A DNA stretch of 64,000 nt from Nitrospirales bacterium (GCA_965203295.1 CBDBCZ010000018.1:960001-1024000); one strand, 5' to 3'. Positions 25,438 through 39,438 are shown, counted from the stretch's first letter. The notes: generated from the sequence alone by a model not told the origin. Numbers and translations are program-made.

Positions 25438-28400
25438 ATAATATAGTGACACTAACAGTAGAGTGCATTACATTACTGTACATGCATGCAACCGTCAGCA
25501 ACTTGCCAATGCAAGGTTGACAGAATTGGTCCGCAGATGTCTGCCTGTAAAACAGTCCATCAGATTGCACGCAACATTCCTCAATAAAACTAGGATCAGA
25601 GCTTTCACATCCCGTTGCAGTGGTAAGTGAGGATGCAGTGAAGCATTGGACCTGTTGTGTACTGACTAAAAGAAAGAGAAGAATTGTGATTATATTGTTT
25701 TGCTACAAAACCCACAAAAACTTTTCTCCTTAAGGGCTGGGTGACAGTTCTCCTTCATAAATACCACTCCATGCAAAGCAGACAAACTGTACCGTTTAAA
25801 ATGTGCCAGAGTGAGCCTCACACTAGCGATGTCCAAGTCTGCCTCACTCACACAGTGAGTGTAGTCAGTAGCTGAATTAGCTTGCATGCTAACATTAACA
25901 GTACATTAACATTAACAGTACACAAGAGTCACCTTTTGTCACTAAGGCAGTGAGAAGGAAAGTTGCCAGCAAACCCACCGCACCAAGTAGCGACATCTTA
26001 CCGTCCTGCAATAATGCCCTATCAGTAGCTGGTGTTCAATTGCAAAAATGAACACACACACAGAAGAGGCAAACTAAGTTCAACTGGATGTGGAATGTTA
26101 ATATTGAGACATGCTGTTTTGTACGTGCAATGAATTCCTTATTTGTGCACAGGCATGTTGATACTCATGCATGCGGGGGCATTGTTCAGTTTATATAGGG
26201 CTAACAATAACCCAATTGAATGCTCTGAATAAACTCATCCAGCACCTGATTTTATGGTCTGAGCAAGAATGACAGAGTCATAGACATATATGGGCATACC
26301 TAAAATTTATACCTCATGACTTCTTATCAAAATGAAATTGAAATATATAATATAACATTAATGGTACAGAATAAGCCACATGAGTGTGTGGAGTATGAGA
26401 ATGGGAGTTAGGTACAAGCTGTTTTCAAGAATTTTTCTTTCTTTTTAAATTATCTCTTGCTGGATTATGACATTCAACAGATGGAAAGAACAAAGTTAGA
26501 GGTATTTTCACACATTCTATTGCTTAATATAGTGTTATTATTGCTAATGTTTGCAGTACTGAGACATCTAACAGTACAGTGCATGACAGGTAGTATGCAA
26601 TTTACAGCATGCACGTGGACACATTCTGTACAAGCCAACAATATTATGGTAGTTCAAGGTGTGGTTACTTTAGCCACATGCACATATAATAAACAGCTTC
26701 TTATGAAGTTAGTCACACTAGTAGTGCTCTAAAGCATCACAGTTTGCGAGTGTCACTCATCGAGGACACAGTCTGCCCGTCCAGAACCTACGATAGCAGA
26801 CATCAACGCAGTAGATGGCAAGAGGGTCATTTGATAGCAGGAAGTTCTCGGGAACTCCAGCTGCAGGGCAGTCTGTGTGTGATGCAATAGTCTATGTAAG
26901 TCAAGGGCAGATGAACTAAATCAGAAGAGTTATACTTTCATCCAAAAAGTCGTTAATCTTAACTGCACAATGTTTAAAACAAGAACAACTAGTCTAAGAA
27001 TTACATGTATGGAACACAGTATATTATTATGGCAATACAGTGACTTTGGCCTCATGATTATTATAAAAAAACTATTATTCAAAGATATATTGCTAGATAG
27101 CTATAGGCTAATAACAGTGCCTGCGAACTGTATGAATAGCTGTACTCACGATCATCTGATGTAATTATTATCCTTGTCTGGTTGCGTGTGATAAAGACAG
27201 GCACCTCAGAGGAGGCTACGTCCAATCTGACAAAGAAATGCTCATTTGTTTCCAGGAAGTCGTCATTTACAATCTCAATTTCAGATGTGTAGGTAGTCGT
27301 GAGTGAGCTAAATGTCAAAGTCTTGTCAACAGCACGATAGTCATCTGGAGCTACATGAGAGAGTAGAAGATGAACACAACATTATAATTAGTATTTTTCA
27401 CAGTAAATGTATCTGTGGAAATACTGATTTAGCCGGTATGGGATAGCCAGAATTGGTTAGTAGCAATTCTGTACTTATAGTCTTTGTAAATTACTTACTT
27501 GTAGCCACCCCATCTACTGTGTACATCCGAACAGTGATTGTCATTTCTAATCTGCCTGACAACATCTGTACTATCACTGGTACACCTCCAGTGCCTTCAC
27601 TTTCACGATGACGAGCTTGAGTGAAACCAATGGAAATGCCTGCACAGATAAAAAGTAACGCAAATTCATGGTGTGTAATTGGAAATTATCTGAATTATTC
27701 ATACCGTCATTATCGACAATCATCACAGTTGCAGTGGACATCTCTCCCAGTGCCACTTCTGTGTCTCCACTTCGAACACCAAGCTCAACACTAAAGCTTT
27801 CCATGCCCTCTGCTATGCTATCATCTATAATTTGGGCTGTGAGGGTTTGCAGCTGTTGATCACCACCAGGTGGGAGTGTTAATGTCTGAGTTAGAGCTGT
27901 AAAATCTCCAGCTGCATTTGAGATACAATAGTGGGAAGCACTTTGCGGATAAAATACAATTATACTATCTTACCAGTTGCGCTCATTGAGTTTACAGTAA
28001 CGGTGGCTTGCAGTGGAATGTTATGATTTCCTCTCTTGTCAACTGTCAGTACCAGCGTTCCAACAGCTTCACCTACAGTGTATTCAGGTTGAGTGAACTG
28101 CACAGTCACCACTGCAGGTGAAAATGGTTGTTGGGATTAACTATTACAGTTGTAGTAGTAGTGTTGTGTGCACAAGTTTTGCTATCGATGGTCGATGAAT
28201 ATAAAACAAAGTATGCAACAGCTCTTAATGGGACACCTTTAAGAATGCTGTTTATAATAGCATCTCATGGTTCCAGTTATTTTTGTGATATAGGCTCGTC
28301 TCAAATTAGCACACATCCACAGCACTTGTACACTTGAACATTATACTCACACTTGGAAGTGTGGGTAGGGCTAGATATATAAAATGCAGCAGGGTTTTAT

Positions 28401-28486
28401 ACAGGATTTTTTTGTTTTGAGAAAGATCTCAAAAGTTGTAGTGGGCTGGGCGCACAGTTCTTTAGGGGGTCCGGGTGCATGCCCTC

Positions 28487-28517
<31 letters not shown>

Positions 28518-28767
28518 CCCTTCTTTTTTAACTTACTGAGAGGTATTCTGACAGTTTTAAAGTGCTGGTAGCTGTGGTACTAGAAACAGACTTTTATATT
28601 GTAAGTCTTTCTGGCCCCTGTTGACAGGATTTTTTTTGTTGGTTTTTTTGTTTTTTGTTATTTATTATTTTTTTTTGGTGGGGGGGGGTCAGTGAAACTC
28701 TTATTCCAATATGATTCTCGGAAGCAAGTGCATGTAGCCACTTTAGTTACATTTAGGCAGTACTTAC

Positions 28768-29707
28768 GCCTGCAAAATGGTGGTGCTGGTGAAAATGCTG
28801 CAGAGTTCGCATTCACTAGTGTGCACGTTGTGGTTGCACCTCCGATCAACTCCAGTCCCGAATTACAGGTGTAGGTAGCAGTGTCACCAACAGAGAGGCC
28901 GGTGAATGTCACCATGCCGTTGACAATGTCTACCGGATTAGGACAGAGTGCTACAAAAGGAAGATTCATGAAAACAATTCGCAGGAAACAAGTACATGGC
29001 CCAACATATATAGCAAGATAGAACCCCTGCTCATGTTTGTGTACTTTTGGATAGGAAGCCAGTGATTACATATCACTTGCATGATGTTGAAGGTCCATTG
29101 ATATTGGATGGCCACTGATCTGATGAAAATGTATTGTACATCCGTGATTACAAATGAACAGTTCAGCACGCCATCCAGTATCACTGGATATTGCATGTAT
29201 ATGAACTGTGCTGCATGATTTAGTGCTAGCTACTCTGAACATACAATGAAGTAGCTGATTGGTCTACATGGGATCGAGCTTAGTAGTCTGGAACCTTTCC
29301 ATGCATGTATAAGCATAATATATGCACATACATGAATGTACTGGTGGCTCTGCAATATGTATAGCCAGCTTGGTACCCATGCAGGTGCATTATAATATGC
29401 CTGCATAGGTAAAGCTAGCAGTCTTCAGAATCAGTATAAAGCACATGCTAACATGATTGATGCTATATAGTGCATGTATAGCCATTCCAATTTCCGCAGT
29501 GTTTATACTTATGCAGCTACTCACGCCTGCAAGATGGTAATGCTGATGAAAATTCTGCATTGTTTTCATCCACTTGTGAGCATGTGGTGGTTGTAACTCC
29601 GATCAGCTCAAAGCCCGGGTCACAGGTGTAGGTAGCAGTGTCACCAACAGAGTTGTCAGTGAATGTCACCATGCCGTTGAAAATGTCAATGGGATCTGGA
29701 CACAGTG
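28768..29707 (-). CDS. Two Sushi/CCP exons inside paralogue C (29525-29707, 28768-28950)
   Basis: 183-bp phase 1-1 exons, ALCP(D/N)P..I.NGMVTFT..SVGDTATYTC..G.ELIG.TTTTC...F...P.CRR, closely similar to the receptor Sushi exons. Confidence 0.88.
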
Positions 29708-32700
29708 CTATACAGAAAGATAGACGCCAGATAAACACGCAATAACTATGTACATGTGAAGTTATACTGCAACTGTTCATTGCTAAGTGTAACGCTATAT
29801 AAGGCTGGATGAGGCTGTGCATATAATTAGTGTCAACCGGATCTGGACACAGTGCTACACAGGAAGATAGTTGCCAGATGAACATGCAACCACTATGTAC
29901 ACGTTATACTGTAGCTATTCACTGGTAAGTGAGGTTGGATGAGGTTGTGCATATAATTAGTGGCTGGCATAAAGATGAGTCACAGAGAGGAAAAATGTAC
30001 ATCGTTACCATCCCTGCAGCTGCGAGCTTCATGGAGAAAGATTTTTTACTTTAATATATCCATAAGGAGGACCTCAGGGTGCTTCCCTGCTATATAAATT
30101 GTAAAGTCTAGCTGTAAGTTCACAGTGCATGTCTTTGTTGATTGATCCTAGCTGCCACAGGGGCAGCAGAAACTTAAGGATGCTTACATAGCTCTTAGTG
30201 AATATTGAGAGGTGGTGGTGGGAGGAGCCTCCCGTAAGAAGGTAATTGCTAATTGTAATGCACATAGATCCAATTTACCGTCATAGATTAACACAACGGC
30301 TGTATCAGGATTGACCATCACAGTAGGGTTGTTACAATCTGGAACAAGTCTCACAGTGAAGCTCTCCATAACCTCAAAGAAACTGTCATCAACGATAGTG
30401 ATTTCCACTGGGACCACTGTGGTGCCTCGATCAAACACTAGCTGTCTTGACAGTGAAACGAAATCAGGGCCTGAGAAAGAGAAGCAGAGGAGAGATATGC
30501 TGGTTACAAGGTATATAACCCAAGAATTACACTATGTAGAACAATTGTATGACTGCTGTTAGCTAAAGCATGATGATATATACTATGTACAAGTGATAGC
30601 AAAATATTTTAAATTTCAAACTGAATTGCAACAAAAAAGATCATTAATAGTTGCAGACATCTTGACTGCAATATTGTAGTCTTTTTTAGGGCACAGCAAT
30701 GCAGTACAAAATGTCGAAGCGTAAGTAAGTATTGATGATTTTTGCTGCAATACAGGTTGGACCTGAAGAAACTTTGCTATCATGAATTCTACTAGCCAAC
30801 CGAGAGAATCTCTGAACAATTACTATGTACAAGTGTTAATTCTAACCCCACTGTGATTATGAAGCTGTTCTTCAGAAGTATACGTAGAATAGCTACAAAG
30901 TTGGAAGAACAGATTTGATTCACCAGTGGCAGAGTCAGAGCTGCGAATTTCAGTTGAGAAGGCCACAGTCACCCTCTGCTGAAGGTCTCCTAGTACACTC
31001 ACGTACACAGTTGCTACACGATCACTCTCCAGTGCAGTGTACTCGGTTTGGTTGAATCCAATTCTGGGAGCTTTATGGAAATGAAAACACCTACCCCTCA
31101 TACTAAACACATTTTATATTAAACCAATTCAAGACATGTCAGTGAAATACTAGCTGTTCTATGTACGAAACTAGCACTCTAGCTAATCACGAAGAATGCA
31201 GTGATTTTTTTTGCATATTCTGTAGGTGCATATATGGGTATAGCTACCACAATAGTGAAATGATTAGGGAACCCCTCACAATCATTGTCCAGTATTTCCA
31301 CGAAAGCCACATTTGGTTCAAGTCGAATGTTTGTAGGGAAGTTGACAATAAATGGATCTGGAACAACTTCTATGCTGAAAAACTCCACTCCCTCTGGTAC
31401 ATCATCATCAATGATTTGAATTTCAATACACGTTCGACGAATGACACCAGTGATGGGATCAAAGAAGATATCATTGTCAGCTTGAAGTACAGTATAGTCA
31501 CCAGGATCTTCATGCATGGAGAAATGAGGGAAAATATAATTCAACTCTCAACTCAAACTCTTGAGACAACTCACCAGCAGCAGTGCCTCGAATGGTGTTG
31601 GCAGCAAGACTCACTTCGAATCCTTCTGGAAATGCTACGTCATCATCAATGTTCATGACACGGACACAAAACTCAAGTGTAATCAGGCTTTCAATTATAC
31701 TGGTGACATTTCGTTCAAATCCTATTACGAAATCTGTCATGTGAGGAAAAGATTCAAGTACACAACTATACTGTAAAACAAAAATACTTGTGTTAAACTT
31801 AGCATGAGTTGTAGCTACACTACCAAATTATGCAGGAATCCAATTGCCATGGGAATTCGGAATGAATACACTCACTATTAATAATGTTTACAGTAATTGT
31901 AGTGGTGACAGTTGAATCCATAAGAGTGCTCTGCTTTTGTTTCAAACCTTAAAAAGGAAGCACTATACTAATTGTTTATAGTATTTGGTATCAGGGATTA
32001 GTAAGAATAGCCTCGTACCCAGGTGCATTAAATACACCTTCAAGGGGGGGAGACTCTTCACAAACGTTCTGCCAAGTAGGATTCGACAGGCGCGAGTATA
32101 TATAACATACAATGTATGAGCTAGAGCTATGTCTGTAATACCGCAGCTACTAGGACTTCAAAACGGTTTCAGAAGGCTCAAAATTTAACTCAGCACCCCA
32201 GACCCCCAGCAAAATTACGCCCACCACCACTTTCAAGATCTTCCACAAGCTAAAAATCCCGGTACATCGTTCCAAGGATTTTAGCTGCTCTCACCAAATA
32301 CCATGTAATCATTTTGAATTCCCATAGATCAGTTTCCTGCAATAGAAATTGCTTAGATTGATAGTGCAGCTGCAAGTGACATTACCCTAGCTGGTTTAAA
32401 CAACAGAGATAACCCAAAACAAATTCACAGCAAATATGTAGGTATCACAAGAAGGTTAAGTATCAAAGATGTCATGCGACAATACAGACTGTAATAGTTG
32501 GGTAAGAGTCCTGGTGGAGTGACACTTGACAACATAAAATCTCCAATAGTGTAGACAAAAGGGAAAAAAAACTTTGTCTGTATTAACTGTACGATTTTAG
32601 TCATTTAAATGCAGATGCAGTTTGCAGAACAGAACTACTTCTTAAGCTTGTCTGAGCTGCAAACCTTATACCAACTAACCATCATCATCTATAATGACAA

Positions 32701-33504
32701 CAGTGGCTGTGGCAAAGAGACTGCCTCCGCTAGCTGCAAGGTTGATGTTTGTGAGTCCCTCATCTCCAAGGGATAGCTGGATTTGAAATGTTTCCGTAGG
32801 CTCAGGAACACTATCATCGATTAGTTCAAACAGATATTCTATCTCTTGCTCATCAGGATTAAAATCCTGATCTTGTACTTGTGGAATGGCAATAAAATCT
32901 TGACCTGGAGGATCTAGTCGTGCAGCCGTAAAACCACTTCCAAGTATAGGTGAGCCAATCACTTCAAATGTAAGTTCTGATTCCTGGTCGTTTTCTTTAA
33001 CAATCGGAATTCGAATCAGGTCACCAATAGCATCAGCTTCAAATACTGTATATCTCTCTTGCTCAAACCCAATATTGATGGCTGCACAATGAAATAAAAT
33101 AATACCGATGCGATAAAGTTTCTCAAGTTGTGTAAGCATGATTAAGGCAGAGCCACTATATAGCAAAGCATCCAGGACAGTGGGCGTAAGCGTGTCAGAT
33201 AAGAGATGCAGGTGTAATAAACTAGTGAATGCAGAGCATTGTGGGGCGAGCGTGAGCGAGGGCATGCCGCTATGCCGCTGAAATAGATATTTGAAGTATT
33301 TGCGGTATATAGGACCATGCAGACAAAATCTCGCGAGTCACAAAAGCCAACAGGGATACTCCTGATGGGTCTGAGGTTATGGGTCTGGGTGGGGACTACT
33401 TCACAGAACAAAACAGAATGGAACAAGGTGGAATTACAAACTGGGTGCAAAGCCCAGAACCTAGGGCTGGGAGCTTGCCATGAGCTAGCTGCTTATCAGC
33501 CTAA

Positions 33505-33750
33505 CCATACCCTAATTTAAACCCTAACCCTAACCCTAATTAGCCCTACCCTACTCCTAACCCTAACCCTAACTCAAACTCTAACCCTAACCCTAAGTAA
33601 CCCTAACCCTAACTCTAACCCTAACCCTAAGTAACCCTAACCCTAGCTCTAACCCTAACCCTAAGTAACCCTAACCCTAACTCTAACCCTAACCCTAAGT
33701 AACCCTAACCCTAGCTCTAACCCTAACCCTACGTAACCCTAACCCTAAAC
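33505..33750 (+). repeat. Interstitial telomere-like (CCCTAA)n array with 34/68-bp higher-order period
   Basis: GTAACC recurs at 33597, 33631, 33665, 33699, 33733; units alternate TAACTC/TAGCTC. Confidence 0.9.
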
Positions 33751-34580
33751 TCTTAGTCTGCAGTTTCAGTAGTTCCGTTCTGTTCAATGAAATCTGCCTG
33801 GGTCTGAGATTACGGCTCGAGGTTTACAGGTCAGGGTTTACAGCTCCTGACTTGGGGTTTCTTCTTAGAAATTTTATATAGGCTATGATGCAGAGAGCAC
33901 CAGCAGGTATTTGCATATGGCTAAAACCATAGTGTCAATGTGTCAATGGCATGAACGAGGAAATTGATATCCAGGTACGTAGGCGCATTTACTAATATTA
34001 CCATGTACAAATGGTAACTATAATATAAGTTACTCACAGTACTATAACTAGAGCTCGGTTTCGCCTCTCCCGAGTCCTCACGTATATTGTTTCTTCAGTA
34101 AAATGAACCCGTTGAAATATTTGTCTTGTGCCTATGATGTAATATTTCATGAGACATGAATAAAATGAATCCTTACGGTCATCATCGATTATTCTTCCCA
34201 AAGCTGCAAACTGTCCACTCCGTAGATCAACCCTGTCTGGATTAGTTGCACTAACAACCTCCATGAATAGTGCAAAATACTGCTCCACTTCATTGATATC
34301 ATCATTTGTTATTCTAATATCGAGAGTTATGACAGTTGGACCTCCAGCCGCAAAGGTGATCAAAACTGGAACAGCGGAAAAATCCAGTACACCTGTGAAA
34401 GAATGGCAAGAGACAGTCATGATTGTGTGATGATAGTACGTAGTCTACATTTCAGCTCACTTGTGGCAATGTTGGGTGCCCTGGGATTGAAAGGAGGAAT
34501 TGTAGGGAAGGCAGATGGCAATGGACGTGTGAGCGCTTCAGTGATGTCTACTGGAACAATTTGCACTGTCAGGTCAGTAG

Positions 34581-35011
34581 CAGACTATTGCCTCAGCATA
34601 AATCACCCATCTGGCGCATTTTGTCGAAAATGAGATTTTACACCAATAGGAAGCGTAAATTACGCTGAACGAGATGGTGGTTTTAGTTTTGCGATCGACC
34701 GCGCCGTTGCGAAGCTACGCCCTCGAGAACGCGTACGTTAGCAAAACATTGATTTCGAGAAACGCGTCGTTAAGAGTTTTCCGTATAATACCTCCGTATA
34801 CTACTGGCTGGGAAAAGATCGTCTCTATCGAGTAAACGGTGAAGAAAAACGAGCGTGAAACGGCACTGTAAGGTACCTTAGTGTGCATAGTTACTATATA
34901 TGACGTAATCACAAAAACCGCCGAAGTGCGATTTCAGACTTATAATTGCCCGTAATGTATTAGTACTATTTGCGCGAGATGGGTGATTTATGCTGAGGCG
35001 GTCTTAGTCTG
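34581..35011. mobile_element. MITE inserted in coding exon Calx2a of C
   Basis: TIRs CAGACTA..GCCTCAGCATAAATCACCCATCT / AGATGGGTGATTTATGCTGAGGC..TAGTCTG; splits LLTNIA|TDLTV. TSD unclear. Confidence 0.8.
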
Positions 35012-35964
35012 CTGCTATGTTGGTGAGAAGTTGCACCGCAGGTCGTATAACCTCTGCACTTTCCAAATTGGTATAAGTTGAATCAAGAAACTAAAGTATG
35101 GCATCTGCAAAACACAGAAAGTGCACAACATAATGCACAATGCTATACTAGCTGCAATAGCCAACTAAATAAGAACAAGATAGCAAACAACAGGCCGAAA
35201 CAAGCTACTTGGAACAAAACACCAGATTGCTTATAATCCAGCTTCTACTCTCAGTGCCAAATGCACTCTTATTTTCCCACAATCTGGTACGTATGTACAG
35301 TAACTGTAGTCTGACTTGCAAGATGCTCCAGAAGGGTATAACCATACTTTGTCAGGGAATTCCTTATAACAGATTTTTGAATTTTTATATAAATAGAGAA
35401 GTTGTGAATGCACGGTGCAGCTATCTAGATCATTGGGAAGTTAAAGTTACAGCAGTGAATTAAAATGTCAGATTTGGGGCTATCACAAACTTGCCCCCTC
35501 AGCTCATACGCTTGAAAGCATTATGAATAATATTAAATTTCATGGTACAGTCTCCAAAATAGCTTTTAAAATTAGTGGTTGCATGTGCTCTCTCTAAACA
35601 AGGAACATTTCATACCATAACTGCAATATTAGAGGATGCATACTGTTAATAATACGTTAATATACCATCTCTGTCCTCAATCACAACTCGAATTGTGGGA
35701 ATTGCAAATGTATTGGGGGCTGCAGCATTCAGTGTACCACGTGCAGCACCTTTAGCACTCATCAGAGTCAGTGTAAAATCTTCAGGTAACTCCAGTGCTA
35801 TTCCATCAACTCGAATGAAGGTCAGAATTTCAGCTGGTACAGTAGCATCATCTATTGTAACACTCCTAGAAACAGATGGAACTGTGAAGTCAGAGTTGGG
35901 ACCCTCCCCTGCAATGAATAGAGGTTGGAGCATTTAGTTACTTTATCCATCATATATACAAGTA

Positions 35965-36710
35965 GCTGCGCTCGCTTCGCTCGCGCAACTACTTGTGTTC
36001 GTTGAACTCGCTCGCTGCGCTCGCTCTGTACGTATAGAAATGAAAAGTATCACCTGCATGTGATTTGCATGGAACATTTAGCATCTGCCAGTGACAGCGA
36101 TGCTACATACTGACAGATCCCAGCATGAGCCACGTGGAGGCAGTTCCACATTCAGGCCTCAACCTTATTGTGTCGAAAACCGACTCCGTCATAGCTAGTG
36201 GGGGGAAGTGCATTCACAGGTGTCCGCATCCAGCATTGCAGTCTACCTCGGCAGCATGGTTCTCACTATTCCTCTGCAGGTGCCTACCAGACACAGAACT
36301 ACAGTTGGACATTCCATTGCAGAAATATCTCTCCACAGTTTGACAGAAGTATACAACCATTATAATTATGCGCTCGCTTCGCTCGCGCAAGTACTTGTGT
36401 GTGTTCAACTCGCTCACTCTGTACAGATAGAAATGAAAAGTAACATTGACCTCTATGTGATTTGCATGGAACAGTATAGCATCTTCTGCCAATGAAGTAG
36501 TGCTTTTGACTAAGCCACATGTCAGTGTTGAAAATTGACTTGTCAGAGTGGGGGGTAAGTAGATAGTACGTGTGCACACTACAGTTCTTTTAGAAGCAAA
36601 AGCATGTATTATGTAATGTCCATGTAGTATATGGAATGTGGAGCATCTGCCAGTGGCAGTAGCCTGATCGAGACTTTGACAGTAGTTTCTACCTGAGCCA
36701 TGTGGAGGCA
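35965..36710. repeat. Two diverged direct repeats headed by GCGCTCGCTTCGCTCGCGCAA
   Basis: Copies start near 35967 and 36370; related GCGAGC..GCGAG motifs near 42327, 57591 and 58297. Confidence 0.5.
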
Positions 36711-37097
36711 GTAACTCAAAGGAGAGACTGCAAATATTAATTACAAAACTATACACACATCAGCACATGTAGGCGAATGGAACTGACTCCATTTAATGCA
36801 CATCGTCGTAGTTTGTCTAGCGTAGCAGTTACAGCACGAGCCAACCATAGATATGCCGCTTGCCGCAAACACATTCACATATACACCGGAAACTGAACTC
36901 TGATTAAATTCTTTAGTCAGGGCGGGTCAAAGTGCAGTCAAAATGGCGACCGTTGCGAACGCGCGGAAGGAGTAATGGCCCAAGATCAGCCTGTCAGAGC
37001 AGAAAGATGAAAAAGTGGAACGCTGGAAGTCCCTAAATTTTGGCTATCTTCCCTGTGCTGCAATCAAATAGTTTGGGGAAGGTAAAAGAAAGGCAGG

Positions 37098-37165
37098 ACA
37101 TTACATTAATTACATTATTTACATTACATTACATTACATTACATTACATTACATTACATTACATT
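37098..37165 (+). repeat. (ACATT)n microsatellite
   Basis: Direct reading. Confidence 0.9.
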
Positions 37166-37999
37166 AAAAGTTTTTTTCCTATCACTTGGCACTGTAATAA
37201 AGAGAAGATATGACATCATAGAATTGTGAGTAGGCTTTTTATGTCAGAATAGCTAGCTAGTGTGTTGTAGAAAGTTTGTTAGGCTGCCCGAGTGGCTAGA
37301 AGTCAGCAGACAGACGGATAGTGGCAGGTTGTTGCCCATCTCAGGTAGGCTAGAATAGTCACCTTTCGGGTCTGTAGGCCCCGCCCATTTTTTTTAAATT
37401 AGCTCGAATAGCTAGTTGTGTGAAAATCTGTGGAGATTTATAGGGAGAGCTCTGGTGGGTGGTTCCCAGAAACCGAGGGGTGAATGAAAAATCGCATCCC
37501 TAATTTTTGTGGGAGTAGGTTGAAGTTTGTAATGCAGGGCTCGAATTCGTCGGGTGAGCGTGGGCGGTTGCCGAATTTTTTTTGAAAGTCAGGATAGCGA
37601 AAATGAGGGTTTTGGGGTGGTTGGATGCGTTCAGGGCTGTAAAACTGGCTTTGAAGCATTCCTGTGAAAAAGCATCCCTACGTTTGTAGCCTGTCCTCTG
37701 TAGGTACTGGTGTTGTTGCCAGACTGTGGGTGGGGCTCTAGCAGATTCCAAAATTTCTCGTATTTTAAAGCAACCCGAAATTGCGTTTTTGTGGATTATT
37801 TAGTAGGAGGTGTGGTTAGATGCAAAATTTTTGTCAATTCGAGGTAGACTTTCATGTTATCAACAAAGCCGTCCATTTGAATTGTGGATTCCAGGTGAGG
37901 CCCTTCCTACCTTAATAGCAACTTTGAGCTTTGATCCACTTCCTTTCTTCATATCCTAAATAAGCCTAACCTACTCCCACTCTCCTCTAATGCTCTCTG

Positions 38000-38378
38000 A
38001 ACAAGTCTGACATTTTATGTCTAAAAAACCAGCCGGACGCCTTTCCCGTACAATACACACAACTCAGCTTAGGCCAAGCTATTAAACTACAGCTGTAGAG
38101 CCAGAGATACTATATTCCTAGAGCGGTACAGCGAAAGTGCTGACTCAGCAGTTTCGTCATGCGCCTCCAATTAGTAGCTATATGCCAAGAAACCACGATC
38201 ACAAAACACAGGCAACACAAAACTACCTTCATTTGCTGTAGCTTGGCCTACAAACCTCCAAAAGCTGCTATACACTGCAGTTGCATTCAGTGCGGACGCA
38301 CAAAGAGACAAACAAACAAACAAACAGACGCGGAAAACGTAAAGCGATCTTATTACCAGCCGCGCTGCTGGCTGGTAA
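38000..38378 (-). mobile_element. Helentron-associated non-autonomous element (HINE, DINE-1-like)
   Basis: Minus strand: TTTT-ACCAGCC subTIR with adjacent IR, GT(C/T)T microsatellite, CCGGCTGGT subTIR, short 3' hairpin (GACAT-AAA-ATGTC); absent from D at a T-run. Confidence 0.7.
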
Positions 38379-39438
38379 AAACCTTGCCTAGCAATGGTTC
38401 TGCAAATTCCCATAGTGCATGAGCTTTTATTTGCAGTAGCTACCACACTCATAAAACAAAACTTGATAGCTACACTATTAATAGCTGCTTATACATCATC
38501 ATGTACATGGGAATGGTGGACAGACATAATTGGTATAATATCTGCTGCTACTCCGTGTGGAATTCCTGTGCATTGTTGCATTATCCAGCTTGTATACATC
38601 CAAGCTGAACAGCCATAAGTTGTTGGATGACAGTGCATTCACTCACTTGCTATTCCTTCTCTTACTGTGATAGTGAAGCGTAATTGTCTTCTAGCATCCT
38701 GCTGCAAAAATTCTTCAAAAAGTGCTCCTTTAATAAACCCTGCTTCCAGTACATAAAGATCACCAGGCTCTTCAATTGAAATGTCAGATCCATCAAGCCA
38801 TCCAAACACTGCCGTGACAGAGACATGCACGACATGAGTGAGAGTGCCTCGTATAGTGTGCTAAATAACAAGACAGGGTGTCAAGGTGGGTGCATACATG
38901 TATGCAAATTTAGATTCTGATTGAAATCTCTCCATGTAGCTGTGCAGACTGCAGTAGTCTAGGTAGTGACACTTTAGCTACGAGTGTAGGGAGGGTCTGG
39001 GGCTGAGACTACTTTTAAATTTAGCAGGCATCACTAAATTATAGCTACTTTGAGTTCAGAGATAACACAGGACAGGTTATTTAAAGTGCACCATCTGCAG
39101 GAAAACTGTAGCTATACGTGGGCAATCTGAATAATTCGGGGCAGAGATGTAGAGGGGGGGGGGGGGATCTGTGTGGATTAATATTCTGCTTCTTCAAGAA
39201 ATCCAATGTCATGATTTGAATCATTCAATATATACAAAACCTGAAACTTTGCCATACAAAACTATTGCCCTGAATGAACTTCTCACAACTACCCAAATTT
39301 CTACCACTGAGGACCATTATTTGGTAATCAGTATAAGAAGTGTGACACTAGCAATATAGTGACACTAGCAGTATAGTGCATTAAATTTACATTACTGTGC
39401 ATGTAGCCCTGAGAATTGTGAAAGAAGTAGCTAAAGCC

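Larger units (their letters stand above)
14499..25665 (-). pseudogene. Paralogue B: 6-Cys module - Calx-beta x6 (no Calx5) - Cys/Arg tail; 25-bp deletion in exon Calx1b
   Basis: Exons 25507-25665 (GC donor), 22114-22275, 21228-21445 (218 bp vs 243 in A and C; TGA at 21291-21293), 20110-20325, 19836-20048, 17597-18013, 17373-17531, 17078-17308, 16059-16196, 15790-15996, 15585-15725, 15214-15414, 14499-14611 (stop). Confidence 0.75.

Noticed and set aside
36214..36756. 180-aa minus-strand ORF
   Set aside because: Lies in a repeat-derived intronic insert and has no recognisable domain.
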